DNA of 64,000 bases from an uncultured Bacteroidota bacterium (GCA_963700635.1 CAVOYH010000004.1:576001-640000), one strand, 5' to 3'; positions 39,038-51,598 are shown, counted from the stretch's first letter. Program-made: numbers and translations. Notes: generated by a model from the letters alone, not told the origin.

Positions 39038-40843
39038 ATGACGCCACACACACGCAGCGAAGGGGAGCCCTCGCCGGGCAACGATGATGACAGGCGCGGA
39101 GATTTTTGTGCGATCGCTTATCGACGAAAAGGTGGAGGTGGTGTTCGGATATCCGGGTGGGGCGACCATCGGAGTGTATGATGCCCTGCGCGATATTTCG
39201 GACATCCGGCATGTCCTTACACGGCACGAACAGGGCGCCACACACGCCGCCGAGGGATATGCAAAGGCAACCGGAAAACCGGGGGTGGTTCTTGTCACTT
39301 CCGGCCCCGGCGCCACAAATACCGTGACGGGTATTGCAGATGCCTATATGGATTCAATTCCGCTGGTGGTGTTCACCGGCCAGGTGCCCCTTCCGCCTGA
39401 TCGGCAATGATGCCTTCCAGGAAGCGGATATCGCAGGGATCACCCGACCGATTACCAAGCACAACTATATCGTCCGCGATGTGAGCGGAACTGGCAAAAA
39501 CCATCAGGGAGGCATTCTACATTGCCACCAGTGGCCGTCCGGGACCTGTGCTGGTCGATCTTCCGAAAGATGTCATGGCGACAGAAGACGCCGTTCCACT
39601 ACCCGTCTACCGTCTCACTCCGCAGCTACAACCCGATTGTCGAGGGACATGAAAAACAGATCCAGAAGGCGGCCGCGGTGATTAACGCCGCAAAACGACC
39701 GGTCCTGTATGTCGGCGGCGGCGTGATCCAGTCCGAAGCAGCCGGGGAATTGACTGCGTTCGCCCGGAAACTCGGATGTCCGGTGACGACAACGCTGCAC
39801 GGGCTCGGTGCTTTCCCCGAGACGGATCCTCTGGCCATCGGGATGCTCGGCATGCACGGTACCTGGTACTCAAACGTGGCAGTGCACAACTGCGACGTCC
39901 TGATTGCCGTCGGGGCGCGGTTCGATGACCGGGTGACCGGAAACGTCGACGATTTTGCGCCCGAGGCGACGATTGTCCATATCGACATTGATCCTTCGGC
40001 AATCAGCAAGAATGTCCGGGTCGATGTCCCCATCGTGGGTGACGTCAAGAATGTCCTGACGGTTCTGATCGAGCAGGTACATCCGCTGCGGACAGAAGAG
40101 TGGTTGCGACGATAGCCCAGTGGCAGCAGGAACATCCGCTGCGGTACCAGGCGGGGACCGCACTCCGCGCCCAGCAGGTCTTCCACCGGCTGGGCGAATT
40201 GACGGGCGGGGATGCGATTATCGTGACGGACGTCGGACAGCATCAGATGTGGGCCGCACAGTTTTTCACGTGGATGCAGCCCCGGACGCATATCACTTCG
40301 GGGGGATTCGGGACGATGGGATTCTCCCTTCCGGCCGCGATGGGCGCTGCCTTCGGGCGCAACGACCTGCCGGTGATCTCGATCAGCGGTGATGGCGGAT
40401 TCCAGATGAATTCGCAGGAGCTGACCACGATCGTCCAGCACCGTCTTCCGATAAAAATCTTCGTCATCAACAACGGGTTTCTCGGGATGGTCCGGCAGTG
40501 GCAGGAACTCTTCTGGCGCCGACGGTATTCGCATGTCCAGATGGCGAATCCGGACTTCGTAAAGCTGGCCGAAGCGCACGGTTGTCCGGCATTCCGCGCC
40601 ACGACCCCCGCGGAAGCCGATGCGGCAATCGAACATGCCCTGGCGTTTACCGACGGACCGATCTTCGTGGAGTTTGCCGTCGCGCAGGAAGATAATGTGT
40701 ATCCGATGATTCCCGCAGGGCAGACCGTGAACGAAATGCTGGATACGCCAATCGACCCCGATGGTGGGGCAATCACCACTCTGGCAAAAGGTCCGCGCGC
40801 ACTTCCACGAAAGGAGATCCATGTCCCAGTCACCGTCCGCTAG
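39038..40843 (+). CDS. ilvB: Acetolactate synthase large subunit (frameshifted; start 39038 after GGAGG, or 39084)
   Basis: [55 protein letters not shown] spread across frames. Confidence 0.92.
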
Positions 40844-41369
40844 TTCGCGTAAACAACAGGCTGCCGGCGCCCTTCCCCGCAAGCAGCATACCATCTCCAT
40901 CCTCGTGGAGAACAAGTTCGGGGCATTCAACCGGATCGCCGGACTCTTCGCCGCAAAGGGTATAACATAGAGAGTCTGAGCGTCGGGGTCGACCGAAGAC
41001 GAAAGCGTGTCGCGTATGACGATCGTGACGAAGGGGGATGATACGATTATTGAACAGATCATCAAACAACTGAACAAGCTGATTGATACGATCAAGGTTG
41101 TCGACCTGACATACGACAGTTTTGTGGACCGTGAACTGGTCCTGCTCAAGGTGCAGACCACCGTGGCCAACAGATCCGAGATCATGCAAATCGCGGAGAT
41201 CTTCAGGGCGAAAGTCGTGGACATCAGTCCGCGCACGCTGACGCTCGAGGCCACCGGCAGCCGTTTGAAGGTGGATGCAATTATCAAGATGATGAAACCG
41301 TTTGTGATCAAGGAAATCGCACGCACCGGCCGGGTGGCATTAAAGCGCGAATTCCAGGGCGATGTGTAG
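40821..41369 (+). CDS. ilvN: Acetolactate synthase small subunit (frameshifted near 40960-40990)
   Basis: HTISILVENKFG...RIAGLF, SRMTIV, QLNKLIDTIKV, RELVLLKV, EIARTG. Confidence 0.9.
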
Positions 41370-41393
41370 AGCTGGCCACTGAAAGGAAAGATC

Positions 41394-42950
41394 ATGGCGA
41401 CCGATCGTGTATTGATATTTGACACGACGCTGCGGGACGGGGAGCAATCACCGGGTTGCAGTATGAATCTCGATGAAAAAGTACGCATGGCCGTCCAGCT
41501 GGAACATCTTGGCGCGGATGTGATTGAAGCCGGATTTCCGATCGCCTCGGTCGGCGACTTCGAAGCGGTCCACGCTATCGCCGAAAGGGTACAAAACGCA
41601 ACGGTGGCGGGACTCTGCCGGGCAGTGACACCGGATATTGACAGGGCCTGGGAAGCTCTCTCGCCCGCGCGGCATCCCCGGATCCATACGTTTATCGCCA
41701 CATCCGAAATCCACCTCGCCCATAAACTGCGAAGAACGCATGCGCAGGTGCTCAAGGACGTGGAAGGTGCCGTCACGTATGCCCGTTCGTTGTGTGCGGA
41801 CGTTGAGTTCTCCTGCGAAGACGCTTCGCGAAGCGAAACAAGCTTTCTGGCGGAAGTCGTGGAAGCGGCTGTGCAGGCCGGTGCCGGCGTCATCAATCTT
41901 CCCGATACGGTCGGGTATGCCGTCCCCGCTGAATATGGTGCGATGTTCCGGGAAATCCGCGCGCGTGTGAAAGGCATAGACCGTGTGGTGCTCAGTACCC
42001 ATTGCCACAATGATCTCGGGCTGGCGGTGGCAAATTCTCTGGCTGCGATCGAGAATGGCGCGCGTCAGGTCGAATGTACGGTCAATGGTATCGGCGAACG
42101 GGCTGGCAACGCGGCGCTGGAAGAGATTGCCATGGCGATCAAAACCCGGGGTGAACCGCTGGGGGTCTGTACCGGTATCGTGACAGAAGAAATCGTGCGG
42201 TCCAGCAGGCTGTTGAGCAGTCTGACAGGGATGATGGTCCAGCGCAACAAGGCAATCGTGGGTGCCAACGCCTTCGCCCATGAAGCGGGCATCCATCAGG
42301 ATGGCATGCTGAAGAGCGCCATCACGTACGAGATTATGACACCCCAGTCGGTCGGTATGAAGCACAGCACGCTCGTCCTCGGGAAACACTCCGGGCGGCA
42401 TGCGCTGAAACAACGGTATGCGGACCTCGGTTATTCCCTTACCCCGGAAGAACTCGAGCGTGCCTATGCCGCATTTACCACAATCGCAGACCAGAAAAAA
42501 GAAATCTTTGACGAAGAGCTCGTGGCGATCCTTGAGGACCGGCCGCCCTCACTCGAATCCTATTATCATCTTGAAAGTCTCCACGTAAGTACGGGAACCG
42601 GAATCCGGCCAACGGCCACAGTGGACCTGCGCAGGGGGGATGTACGAAAAGTGGATTCTGCGACGGGTGATGGGCCGGTGGATGCGGCGTACCGCGCCAT
42701 CGAACGGATTACGGGGATCGCCGGAACGCTCACCGAGTATACAGTGAAGTCCGTGAGCTATGGCCACGACACGGTCGGAGAGGCATTCGTCCGCATGGAG
42801 TTCGATGGGGTGCTGTTTAACGGACACGCCGTGAGCACTGATATCATCACCGGCAGTGTAAAAGCATACCTTGAAGCACTGAACCGGGCACAGTCATCAC
42901 TGGCAATGCGCAAGGAACGGGCACAGGTAACGATGGAGGTGAACGCGTGA
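41394..42950 (+). CDS. leuA: 2-isopropylmalate synthase
   Basis: [45 protein letters not shown]. Confidence 0.96.
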   Translation: MATDRVLIFDTTLRDGEQSPGCSMNLDEKVRMAVQLEHLGADVIEAGFPIASVGDFEAVHAIAERVQNATVAGLCRAVTPDIDRAWEALSPARHPRIHTFIATSEIHLAHKLRRTHAQVLKDVEGAVTYARSLCADVEFSCEDASRSETSFLAEVVEAAVQAGAGVINLPDTVGYAVPAEYGAMFREIRARVKGIDRVVLSTHCHNDLGLAVANSLAAIENGARQVECTVNGIGERAGNAALEEIAMAIKTRGEPLGVCTGIVTEEIVRSSRLLSSLTGMMVQRNKAIVGANAFAHEAGIHQDGMLKSAITYEIMTPQSVGMKHSTLVLGKHSGRHALKQRYADLGYSLTPEELERAYAAFTTIADQKKEIFDEELVAILEDRPPSLESYYHLESLHVSTGTGIRPTATVDLRRGDVRKVDSATGDGPVDAAYRAIERITGIAGTLTEYTVKSVSYGHDTVGEAFVRMEFDGVLFNGHAVSTDIITGSVKAYLEALNRAQSSLAMRKERAQVTMEVNA

Positions 42951-44350
42951 CTTCCTCCGGTGCACCGCGCACCCTCTTTGACAAAATCTGGGACGCCCAT
43001 GTGGTAGCGGTGGAACCTGATTCGCCGTCGCTTGTCTACATCGATCTGCATCTTGTGCACGAGGTCACATCACCCCAGGCGTTTACGGGCCTCCGACGAC
43101 GGGGGCTCAGCGTACGCCGTCCCGAACGCACCATCGCGACCGTTGATCATAGCATTCCGACACTCCGCGGTGAGGTGGGAGATCCGCTGGCTGCGGCTCA
43201 GATCAGGACACTTGAAGAGAACGTGCGGGAAGCTGGCATCCGGCTCTTCGGCCCGGGTAACCCCGCTCAGGGCATCGTTCATGTTATCGGGCCCGAGCTC
43301 GGTCTTACACAACCGGGCATGACCATCGTCTGCGGGGACAGCCATACATCAACCCACGGGGCCTTCGGCGCCCTGGCGTTCGGCATCGGAACCACAGAAG
43401 TGGAACACGTGCTGGCCACCCAATGCCTCCTTCAACACCGCCCACGTACCGCACAGGTACGCATCGATGGGACGCTGCAGCAAGGGGTAACGGCAAAAGA
43501 TGTGATACTGGCCCTGCTCGCAAAGATCGGTGTGGGAGGCGGGACGGGACACGTGTTTGAGTACACGGGGTCAACGGTGCAGGCATTTTCCATGGAAGAG
43601 CGGATGACACTCTGCAACATGTCAATAGAAGGCGGTGCCCGTGCCGGCATGGTCGCCCCCGACGACACCACGTTTACCTATCTGGCGGGACGCCCTTTTG
43701 TCCCCCCCCGGTTTGACGATGCGGTACGCATATGGAGGCAGCTGTACACTGATCCGGACGCCCGGTATGATATGTCCGTCACGCTCGATGTTTCTGAACT
43801 TGTACCCATGATAACATTCGGCACCAATCCGGGCATGGGTATGCCCGTCACGGGAAGAATCCCGGATCCTGAGTCGGTGAGCGACCCCGCGGGGCGTGCG
43901 ACGTTGCGGAATGCCCTCGCCTACATGGACCTCCGTCCGGGTGTGCCGATTTCGGGACAACCTATTCATGTCGTATTCATCGGGAGTTGCACAAACGGAC
44001 GGCTGTCTGATCTGCGTGAAGCAGCCACGCTCATCCGTGGACGGAAGATTGCACCGGGAGTCCGTGCGCTCGTGGTGCCGGGTTCGCAAAACGTCAAACG
44101 CCAGGCAGAAGAGGAGGGACTGGATCGTGTGTTCCTCGACGCCGGTGCAGAGTGGCGCGAACCGGGCTGCTCGATGTGCATCGCCATGAACGGCGACGAC
44201 GTTCCTGCAGGCCAGTATGCAGTCAGCACAAGCAACAGAAACTTCGAGGGCCGGCAGGGGAAAGGGAGCCGCACATTTCTTGCTTCACCGCTCACCGCCG
44301 CTGCTGCCGCGATCACCGGAGCTATTGTGGACGTAAGGACATTCTCATGA
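42947..44350 (+). CDS. leuC: 3-isopropylmalate dehydratase large subunit
   Basis: [40 protein letters not shown]. Confidence 0.96.
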   Translation: MTSSGAPRTLFDKIWDAHVVAVEPDSPSLVYIDLHLVHEVTSPQAFTGLRRRGLSVRRPERTIATVDHSIPTLRGEVGDPLAAAQIRTLEENVREAGIRLFGPGNPAQGIVHVIGPELGLTQPGMTIVCGDSHTSTHGAFGALAFGIGTTEVEHVLATQCLLQHRPRTAQVRIDGTLQQGVTAKDVILALLAKIGVGGGTGHVFEYTGSTVQAFSMEERMTLCNMSIEGGARAGMVAPDDTTFTYLAGRPFVPPRFDDAVRIWRQLYTDPDARYDMSVTLDVSELVPMITFGTNPGMGMPVTGRIPDPESVSDPAGRATLRNALAYMDLRPGVPISGQPIHVVFIGSCTNGRLSDLREAATLIRGRKIAPGVRALVVPGSQNVKRQAEEEGLDRVFLDAGAEWREPGCSMCIAMNGDDVPAGQYAVSTSNRNFEGRQGKGSRTFLASPLTAAAAAITGAIVDVRTFS

Positions 44351-44973
44351 GCTCTTCGAAAAGACCATCCGCGGATTCTTCAGGGAAGGGGGTGTCCATC
44401 ACCTCGAAAGTCACCGTACTCCCCGCCGACAACATCGATACGGATCAGATTATCCCGGCACGGTTCCTCAAAATTACGGACACAGCGGGGCTCGGCGACC
44501 ATCTGTTTGAAGATCTCCGGCGGTCACCAGACGGATCTTTGCGGACGGATTTCTCCCTTAACCGGCCGGACAGGGTCGGGTCGGCGATTCTTGTCGCCGG
44601 CCATAACTTCGGGTGCGGCTCTTCGCGTGAACATGCCGCGTGGGCCCTCAAGGGTGCAGGCATCCGGGCCGTTATCAGCACCTCATTTGCCGATATCTTC
44701 AAAGGAAACGCCCTCAAGAACGGAATTATTCCCGTCGCCCTCCAGCCCGATGCGTGTGCTGCGATCGCTCTGCTTGACCGGTCAGAGACTCCGGTTACCG
44801 TGGATCTGGATTCCCGGAAGGTCAGTTGGGGGGATGAACGTGCTTCCTTCGAAATCGATCCGTTCGCCAGAAAATGTCTCCTCGGGGGGGTGGATGAACT
44901 GGGATATATACTCGCCCGGGAAGCCTCGATCAGTGCGTTCGAACTACGCCGGAAGCAAAGAGGAGAACCATGA
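44347..44973 (+). CDS. leuD: 3-isopropylmalate dehydratase small subunit
   Basis: [30 protein letters not shown]; ATG 44347 overlaps the leuC stop. Confidence 0.95.
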   Translation: MSSSKRPSADSSGKGVSITSKVTVLPADNIDTDQIIPARFLKITDTAGLGDHLFEDLRRSPDGSLRTDFSLNRPDRVGSAILVAGHNFGCGSSREHAAWALKGAGIRAVISTSFADIFKGNALKNGIIPVALQPDACAAIALLDRSETPVTVDLDSRKVSWGDERASFEIDPFARKCLLGGVDELGYILAREASISAFELRRKQRGEP

Positions 44974-46058
44974 AGGCGGATATTGTCGTGCTACCCGGTG
45001 ATGGCATCGGTCCGGAAGTGACACACGAAGCGGTCGCCGTGCTCCGTGCCATTGGCGGACATTTCGGGCACACGTTTTCGTTTGTTGAGCATCCGTTTGG
45101 AGGAGCCTCCATCGATCTCCACGGTGTGCCGGCGACAAACGAAACTCTCGCCGCATGCGCACAATCCGCGGCCGTGCTGCTTGGTGCTGTGGGCGGACCA
45201 CGCTGGGACTCGGTACAACCGGAACTCCGGCCCGAAGCCGGACTCCTTGCCCTGAGAAAACATCTGGGTGTCTTCGCCAACCTCCGGCCAGTGCGCCCGA
45301 ATCCTGCGCTTGCCGCTGCGTCGCCGCTCAAAGAGCGCTTATTAACAGGGGTGGATCTTCTTGTTGTAAGGGAGCTGACAGGCGGTCTGTATTTTGGCAC
45401 CCCGCGGGGAACCCGGTTCGATAATGGTATCGCGTACGCGACCGATACCCTGTCCTATTCTTCGATAGAGATCGCCCGTGTGATCCGGCTGGCATGCACA
45501 CTTGCAGGATCCAGGAAAAAGCGAGTGACCTCTGTTGACAAAGCAAACGTGCTTGAGAGTTCGCGACTCTGGAGGACCATTGCGACAGAAGTGGCGGCGG
45601 AATTCCCGGAGATTACTCTTGACCATATGCTCGTTGATACCACCGCGATGCGGATTATTACTTCACCGGCAGCATTTGACGTCGTGGTGACCGAAAACAT
45701 GTTCGGCGACATCCTGACCGATGAAGCCTCGGTGCTTGCGGGCTCGCTCGGACTTCTTCCTTCCGCGTCGCTTGGCGACGGGGGGCCGGGCCTGTATGAA
45801 CCGATTCACGGTTCAGCTCCTGATATAGCAGGACGGGGTATCGCGAATCCCCTCGGAACCATTCTGAGTGCGGCAATGCTCCTGCGGTTTTCTCTCGGGC
45901 TCACGGAAGAAGCTGATTGTCTTGAACGTGCCGTGAATCAGACGATAACAGACAACGTGCTCACACCCGACCTCGGGGGAACATCCGGGACGCGGGCAGT
46001 GGGGAAACACATTCTTAAACTGCTGCACACCTACGCAACCGATGGAGAAGGAAATTGA
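44970..46058 (+). CDS. leuB: 3-isopropylmalate dehydrogenase
   Basis: LPGDGIGPE, VRELTGGLYFG, VDKANV, NMFGDILTD, YEPIHGSAPDIAG. Confidence 0.96.
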   Translation: MKADIVVLPGDGIGPEVTHEAVAVLRAIGGHFGHTFSFVEHPFGGASIDLHGVPATNETLAACAQSAAVLLGAVGGPRWDSVQPELRPEAGLLALRKHLGVFANLRPVRPNPALAAASPLKERLLTGVDLLVVRELTGGLYFGTPRGTRFDNGIAYATDTLSYSSIEIARVIRLACTLAGSRKKRVTSVDKANVLESSRLWRTIATEVAAEFPEITLDHMLVDTTAMRIITSPAAFDVVVTENMFGDILTDEASVLAGSLGLLPSASLGDGGPGLYEPIHGSAPDIAGRGIANPLGTILSAAMLLRFSLGLTEEADCLERAVNQTITDNVLTPDLGGTSGTRAVGKHILKLLHTYATDGEGN

Positions 46059-46080
46059 CGATACCGATGAGGAGGAGAGT

Positions 46081-47034
46081 ATGAGCATGATGTCACAATC
46101 TGTCTGGATGGAAGATCGCCTTGTGCCGTTCCGGGAGGCCTCCATACATTTTCTTACGCCGGCCATGCACTACGGGATTGCAGTCTTCGAGGGCATCCGG
46201 TGCTACCGTACAGAACGCGGTGCCGCCGTGTTCCGTTTGCACGAGCACGCGGCGCGTCTCCTCCAGTCGGGCCGGATTCTGGGGTTCCGTTCTCTTCCGT
46301 ATACTCCGGACGACGTTTGTCATGCTATCGAGCGTACCGTTGCGGCCAATGGATTTGAGGAGTGTTATATCCGGCCCGTGATCTACCTGACTGAGGGCGG
46401 GTGGAATCTGAACCTCGACGGGGGAGTCCCCGCGTTCGGCGTTGCAGTCTGGGAGTGGAACAACTATCTCGGGACCGAAGCCCTGGAGCAAGGCGTACGG
46501 GCAAATGTCTCGTCGTTCACACGTCATCACCCCAACATCATGATGACCAAGGCAAAAATCGCCGGCAACTATGTGAACAGCGTTCTTGCAAAAACGGAGT
46601 CCGTCCGGCTCGGATTTGAAGAGGCAATCATGCTCGACCCTGATGGCTACGTTGCGGAGTGCACGGGCGAAAACCTCTTTGTCGTCCGGGACGGGAGGAT
46701 TACCACCCCGGAACTGGCACCGGTCCTTGACGGTATCACGCGGAACAGCGTCATCACGCTGGCACAGGATGCCGGACTCGAGGTCGACGTCGCCCCGCTT
46801 TCCCGGGACCAGCTCTACGGAGCCGATGAAGTATTTGTGTGCGGTACGGCTTCAGAAGTGATCGCGCTCCGGGAGATTGATTTTCGGACAATCGGTTCCG
46901 GGACATCCGGCCCGGTAACCCGGCAAATTCAACAGGCATTCCATGCCTCGATCCGGGGGAACCACCCGCGATCAGCAGAATGGCTTACCTATGTGACGAT
47001 GGACCAACCTGCGCGCCTTGCGGCCGCAGGCTAA
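46081..47034 (+). CDS. ilvE: Branched-chain amino acid aminotransferase
   Basis: HYGIAVFEG, YIRP, KIAGNY, ECTGENLF, LDGITR, GTASE. Confidence 0.95.
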   Translation: MSMMSQSVWMEDRLVPFREASIHFLTPAMHYGIAVFEGIRCYRTERGAAVFRLHEHAARLLQSGRILGFRSLPYTPDDVCHAIERTVAANGFEECYIRPVIYLTEGGWNLNLDGGVPAFGVAVWEWNNYLGTEALEQGVRANVSSFTRHHPNIMMTKAKIAGNYVNSVLAKTESVRLGFEEAIMLDPDGYVAECTGENLFVVRDGRITTPELAPVLDGITRNSVITLAQDAGLEVDVAPLSRDQLYGADEVFVCGTASEVIALREIDFRTIGSGTSGPVTRQIQQAFHASIRGNHPRSAEWLTYVTMDQPARLAAAG

Positions 47035-47066
47035 TCAACCATTCACTCTATCGAGGGAGAACAAAT

Positions 47067-48134
47067 ATGGCGGTCATGGATTTTGGAGGAGTACAGGAAG
47101 AAGTGATCACAAGGGAGGAGATGCCCCTGGTGCGGGCGCAATCCATCCTGAAGGATGAAGTCGTCGGGATACTCGGGTATGGTCCACAGGGACACGGACA
47201 ATCGTTGAATCTGCGGGACAATGGCGTGAAGGTGATCATCGGGCAGCGCAAAGGCGGCCGGGGCTGGCGTGATGCCATCGCCGATGGATGGGTGGAGGGA
47301 AAGAATCTTTTCGAGACCATCGAGGAAGTTGTGCAGAGGTCAACCATTGTAGAGTATCTGCTTTCTGATGCAGGCCAAAAGGAACAATGGCCAACCGTGG
47401 CAGCCCAGCTTCAAAAAGGGCAGGCACTCTGCTTTTCCCACGGCTTTTCGATCGCCTATCGCGAACAAACACGGGTCATCCCACCGGCGACGGTGGACGT
47501 GGTCCTCGTTGCGCCAAAAGGCGCGGGCCGCACAGTACGGAATAATTTTCTGTCCGGGAGCGGCATCAACTCAAGTTTTGCGGTGCATCAGGATGCCACA
47601 GGACGCGCACGCGAACGGGTCGTTGCACTGGGCATCGCCATCGGATCGGGATATCTCTTTCCGACAACGTTCGAGAAGGAAGTCTTCAGCGATCTGACGG
47701 GCGAACGGGGTGTTCTGCTGGGGGCAATCGCCGGACTGATGAAGGCACAGTATGATACGCTCCGGGCAATGGGACATTCACCGAGCGAAGCGTTCAACGA
47801 AACTGTGGAAGAAGCGACGCAGAGTCTGTATCCACTTATGGGGAAGAACGGCGTGGACTGGATGATCGCTTCATGCAGCACCACGGCCCAGCGCGGCGCA
47901 CTGGACTGGTCGAAACGATTTGAAGCGGCGGTCAAGCCGGTGATGAAAGAACTCTATGAAAGCGTGCGGACCGGTGTGGAAACACAGCGTGTGCTCGACA
48001 CCTGCAGCGCGCCGGGTTATCGTGATAGGCTGGAGACTGAACTGGACGAATGGAGAAATTCGGAAATGTGGAAAGCCGGGACCACCGTCCGGTCGCTGAG
48101 GCCTGAAAACTGGGGAAAAAAGGGAAAGTCCTAA
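47067..48134 (+). CDS. ilvC: Ketol-acid reductoisomerase (Bacteroidota/fungal Ilv5-like type)
   Basis: GYGPQG, LLSDAGQ, APKG, SDLTGERG, SPSEAFNETVEE, CSTTAQRGALDW. Confidence 0.95.
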   Translation: MAVMDFGGVQEEVITREEMPLVRAQSILKDEVVGILGYGPQGHGQSLNLRDNGVKVIIGQRKGGRGWRDAIADGWVEGKNLFETIEEVVQRSTIVEYLLSDAGQKEQWPTVAAQLQKGQALCFSHGFSIAYREQTRVIPPATVDVVLVAPKGAGRTVRNNFLSGSGINSSFAVHQDATGRARERVVALGIAIGSGYLFPTTFEKEVFSDLTGERGVLLGAIAGLMKAQYDTLRAMGHSPSEAFNETVEEATQSLYPLMGKNGVDWMIASCSTTAQRGALDWSKRFEAAVKPVMKELYESVRTGVETQRVLDTCSAPGYRDRLETELDEWRNSEMWKAGTTVRSLRPENWGKKGKS

Positions 48135-48169
48135 ATAATCCTATACGTTCCACATGTTCCGGCTTTATG

Positions 48170-50413
48170 TCAGCGACGCCTCCGCATTGACGCCGCATCC
48201 AGAGTCCTAAACAACGCTTCGGGAAACTCTTTCCGGAGCAGGTGGCGGTAGTAAAACCGGTATGTTTCGGTTCGCAGATGGACGGCCTTTCCGCCACCCC
48301 AGCCATGGCGGCCGCCGGGATACAGCATCAGCTCAAAGTGCTTGTTCATATCCTCCAGCGTGTCAACAAGCTGGATTGTGTTTTGCATGTGGACGTTATC
48401 ATCCATGGTGCCGTGTACAAGCCGCAGGAGGCCGCGGATCTTGTGCGCATGTGTCAGAACGGATCCCTCCCGGTACCCGTCAGGATTTTCAGCCGGAGAA
48501 TCCATATAACGCTCGGTGTAGTGTGAATCATAAAGCCGCCAATCGGTCACCGAATACTCGGCAATGCCGTGTGTGAAATACTCGGCTCCGGCGGCAAGCG
48601 CGAGGCTGGCGACATAGCCTCCATAACTTCCCCCCGTAATACATACCCGGCTGCTGTCCACAAATGGTTTTCTGCGTAGCCATTTGACTACTTCCGCAAG
48701 ATCATGCATCTCCCAGAAGCCCAGTCTTCTATGCATCAGCGCGGCTCCGGTCTTTCCAAAATGGCCGGACCCCCGGTGATCAACGGACAGCTGGATCACA
48801 CCCTCCTGCGCCAACCACTGCGCGCTGAGGGGCTTCCATCCGTCGAACACGCTTGCTGCGTTAGGACCACCATAGACCGAAATGAGGATCGGATACCTGC
48901 GCGCCGGGTCAAAATCAAGAGGCATGGTTAATACCCCGGGGAGCAATAAACCGTCAGGGGTGGGGATGGTGATCATCTCCGGCAAGGCCAGAGTATACGT
49001 GTTGAAGATTTCCGACTTGCTGTCGCCCAGTTCCCTGATGAGCTGGCCTTTTCCGTTCATCAAGACCATACGGGGAGGATGCTGCACGGATGAGTAGGTG
49101 CTGATGAAGTAGGATCCCTTGGGGGCCACTTTTACTGAATGGGTGAATTCTCCGAAGGTTAACCTTGTCAGTTCTTTTCCGCTGAGTCGAACCGAATACA
49201 GGTCGGTGCGCGTTGGCGACTCCTTGCGGGCGGTAAAGAACACGGTCCCGGTTGCCGGATCCACCGCCTGGATCCCGGTCACCGGCCAGGCGCCGTCGGT
49301 AATCTGCTGTTTCAGTTTCCCATCCATGCCATAAAGATACAGATGCGGCCACCCGCTTCGGTCGCTTGTGAGGATGAACCCCGAGAGGTCGGCGAGAAAT
49401 TCTATTGACTCGAACCAATCGACCCAGCTGGGCTGGTGCTCGAGAAGGAGTTTCTGTTTTGCGCCCGAAGATGTGGCAAGACTGTACAGCACAAGCGTAT
49501 CCTGACCGCGATTCATCCATTGCACAACAAGATCTTTTCCGTTTGGTTTCCAGAAGGGGGGTCCAAAATACTGGTCCTGTTTTTCGTCGAACGGTGCCCA
49601 CACCGTCGGGCCGCCCGCAACCGGGACAATGCCTATGCGGACCTCCGGGCTGGGGTCGCCGGGTTTTGGATAACGGGCACGCTCCAGTGATCCATGCACG
49701 CCGTCAGCGGCAAACAGGGGAAATTCAGGCACAGGCGTGTCATCAAATCGGAAGAATGCGAGATGTCTGCTGTCGGGTGACCACCAGAATGCCCTGTAGC
49801 GGCTGGCCCGTCCCAGGATTTCCTCATAATAGATCCACGACGCCCAGCCGTTGTAGATAACGCTCGAACCATCGGACGTGTGGCGGGTCTCTTTGTTGCT
49901 CGACAGGTCCAGACTGTACAGATCATTCTCCCGTGTAAACGCAATGTACTTCCCGTCAGGTGAAAATACCGGATTCCGTTCTTCGGCCTCGGATGTGGTG
50001 AGGCGGCGGAGCATGCGGTGCGGGGTATCGAGAAGGTACAGATCGTTCAACGAAGAGTAGAGGAAAAATGACTCGTCGGGTGAGGTGGCCACGAAGGAAG
50101 AGGGGGTGATGTCTTTACCCAGGACATCTGTATACTGTTGAATGTCCAGCGCAGCGCTGTCGTTTCCGGTTGCCGCATCAACGAGGATCGGGACCTTGCG
50201 ATCAGCGCCTGGTCTGGCGCGCGACTCGAGATACCGCTGGCCGTCCACCCATTTTGTGACCGTGGGGAGAGAAGAGATGATCTGTGGATCACCGTTCTTG
50301 AATATTTGTTCGAACGAGAGCCGTTGTGTTGATTGAGAGAGTGAAAGAGGGGATAACACCGTGATCGAGCAGAAAAGAAGCACAGCGATCCGCTGAGTGT
50401 GATTCCACCGCAT
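48170..50413 (-). CDS. Dipeptidyl-peptidase IV family (S9B) peptidase
   Basis: Signal peptide; WIYYEE, YPKPG, GGSYGG, HGTMDDNVH, YPGGRH. Confidence 0.93.
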   Translation of the reverse strand: MRWNHTQRIAVLLFCSITVLSPLSLSQSTQRLSFEQIFKNGDPQIISSLPTVTKWVDGQRYLESRARPGADRKVPILVDAATGNDSAALDIQQYTDVLGKDITPSSFVATSPDESFFLYSSLNDLYLLDTPHRMLRRLTTSEAEERNPVFSPDGKYIAFTRENDLYSLDLSSNKETRHTSDGSSVIYNGWASWIYYEEILGRASRYRAFWWSPDSRHLAFFRFDDTPVPEFPLFAADGVHGSLERARYPKPGDPSPEVRIGIVPVAGGPTVWAPFDEKQDQYFGPPFWKPNGKDLVVQWMNRGQDTLVLYSLATSSGAKQKLLLEHQPSWVDWFESIEFLADLSGFILTSDRSGWPHLYLYGMDGKLKQQITDGAWPVTGIQAVDPATGTVFFTARKESPTRTDLYSVRLSGKELTRLTFGEFTHSVKVAPKGSYFISTYSSVQHPPRMVLMNGKGQLIRELGDSKSEIFNTYTLALPEMITIPTPDGLLLPGVLTMPLDFDPARRYPILISVYGGPNAASVFDGWKPLSAQWLAQEGVIQLSVDHRGSGHFGKTGAALMHRRLGFWEMHDLAEVVKWLRRKPFVDSSRVCITGGSYGGYVASLALAAGAEYFTHGIAEYSVTDWRLYDSHYTERYMDSPAENPDGYREGSVLTHAHKIRGLLRLVHGTMDDNVHMQNTIQLVDTLEDMNKHFELMLYPGGRHGWGGGKAVHLRTETYRFYYRHLLRKEFPEALFRTLDAASMRRRR

Positions 50414-50449
50414 GGCAGTCCTCAGTGATATCAGAAGAGTGTAGGGGGT

Positions 50450-51415
50450 TTACAGGTCGTCCACAATATCATCCACTCCCCGGCGCACTATGCGCGCGAA
50501 AACCCAGCCGAGGAGCATGCCGGCAAACATCGTTGCGAGGCAGTACAACGGGGTGAAGAAAAAGACAAGAGCTCCCATGGTCTTCTCATCGCCCGGGATC
50601 GTATTGTAAATCGTTTCCCATGCAACCCAGTATGCGGGGACCATGAGTGCGAGGATTCCGAAAATTCCTCCGATTGTTACGGACCAGAGGGTGACGCTCG
50701 GGATCCGTCCCGCATTATGGTGACTGATACTGGCGAGGACAATGAACGGGAGGAGACTGAACAGATTCAGCAGTAACGCCCTGCCTTTAAGATGTTCCAG
50801 GAGGATGTCCAGCAGGGAATCACCCAGTGGAATCCTGCCAACGATCAGCTGGACACTTAACCAGACTGCCGTGGGAGCAAGAATGCCCGTCACGAGGGGG
50901 AAAACCCAGGTCCCGCGTTCAGCCAGAGAGGGGGTTCTTCTGGAGGGATATCGTTGGGCGAGGATTACCTCTTCCCGCTGGGTTACCCATCTGCGGACAG
51001 GCCGTCTGAGGAGCGCGAAGAGAAGTGCGAGGGAGACGATAGATGTGGTTACCCGGCCGGCGGTTTCGAAAAAACGTGCGGTGGCATACGGGTCGGGCAC
51101 GGGTATTCCCAGGGGACCGGTGACAAGATACGGCGTCCCGATCAGAGTCACGTTAAAGAGGATACTGAGAGGCACGTACGCGATGGTGCCCCAGTACCCC
51201 GTCGCAGGAAGGCGCTGGAAAGAAAAAAGGATAAGGAGCGGGATCACAACGGACGGCACCGCGAATGCAAAGAGACCCGGGTAGAACGGAAGCGGCATGG
51301 GTGGTGCCAGATACGGCAGAACATACTCGATTATTCCAAAGAGCGCTTTGAGGAGCAGCAAGATCAGAACGATGAGTACACTTTTCGGCAGAGCCCGGAA
51401 CCCTGAGCCAGTCAT
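50450..51415 (-). CDS. Hypothetical multi-pass membrane protein
   Basis: About 8 hydrophobic segments; GGAG RBS before ATG 51415. Confidence 0.65.
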   Translation of the reverse strand: MTGSGFRALPKSVLIVLILLLLKALFGIIEYVLPYLAPPMPLPFYPGLFAFAVPSVVIPLLILFSFQRLPATGYWGTIAYVPLSILFNVTLIGTPYLVTGPLGIPVPDPYATARFFETAGRVTTSIVSLALLFALLRRPVRRWVTQREEVILAQRYPSRRTPSLAERGTWVFPLVTGILAPTAVWLSVQLIVGRIPLGDSLLDILLEHLKGRALLLNLFSLLPFIVLASISHHNAGRIPSVTLWSVTIGGIFGILALMVPAYWVAWETIYNTIPGDEKTMGALVFFFTPLYCLATMFAGMLLGWVFARIVRRGVDDIVDDL

Positions 51416-51598
51416 ACCATTCTCCGCGGTTTTGCGTGAAGAGTCTTGGAGGGAAACCCTGCAGCTATTATAGGGAAGAAATTGTGATTGATACATTCGA
51501 GGATACTGAACTTCCCGGAGATATGCAACCGGCTGCGCAGTTGCTTCCGGGTTCGAGATTCCTCACATTTGCAGAAGAACACCTTCAGGAGCACACCC

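Noticed and set aside
35100-41000. Multiple frameshifts in the kinase, ilvD, ilvB and ilvN as programmed frameshifting or pseudogenisation of BCAA synthesis
   Set aside because: These single-base indels cluster regionally, often at short homopolymers, in otherwise well-conserved genes, and leuA through ilvC are intact. They are best explained as long-read consensus errors; read polishing would confirm.
39626-42010. 794-aa antisense ORF, and similar ones at 37247-38416, 56964-57632 and 58331-59842
   Set aside because: Shadow ORFs opposite conserved high-GC genes, with no recognisable motifs.
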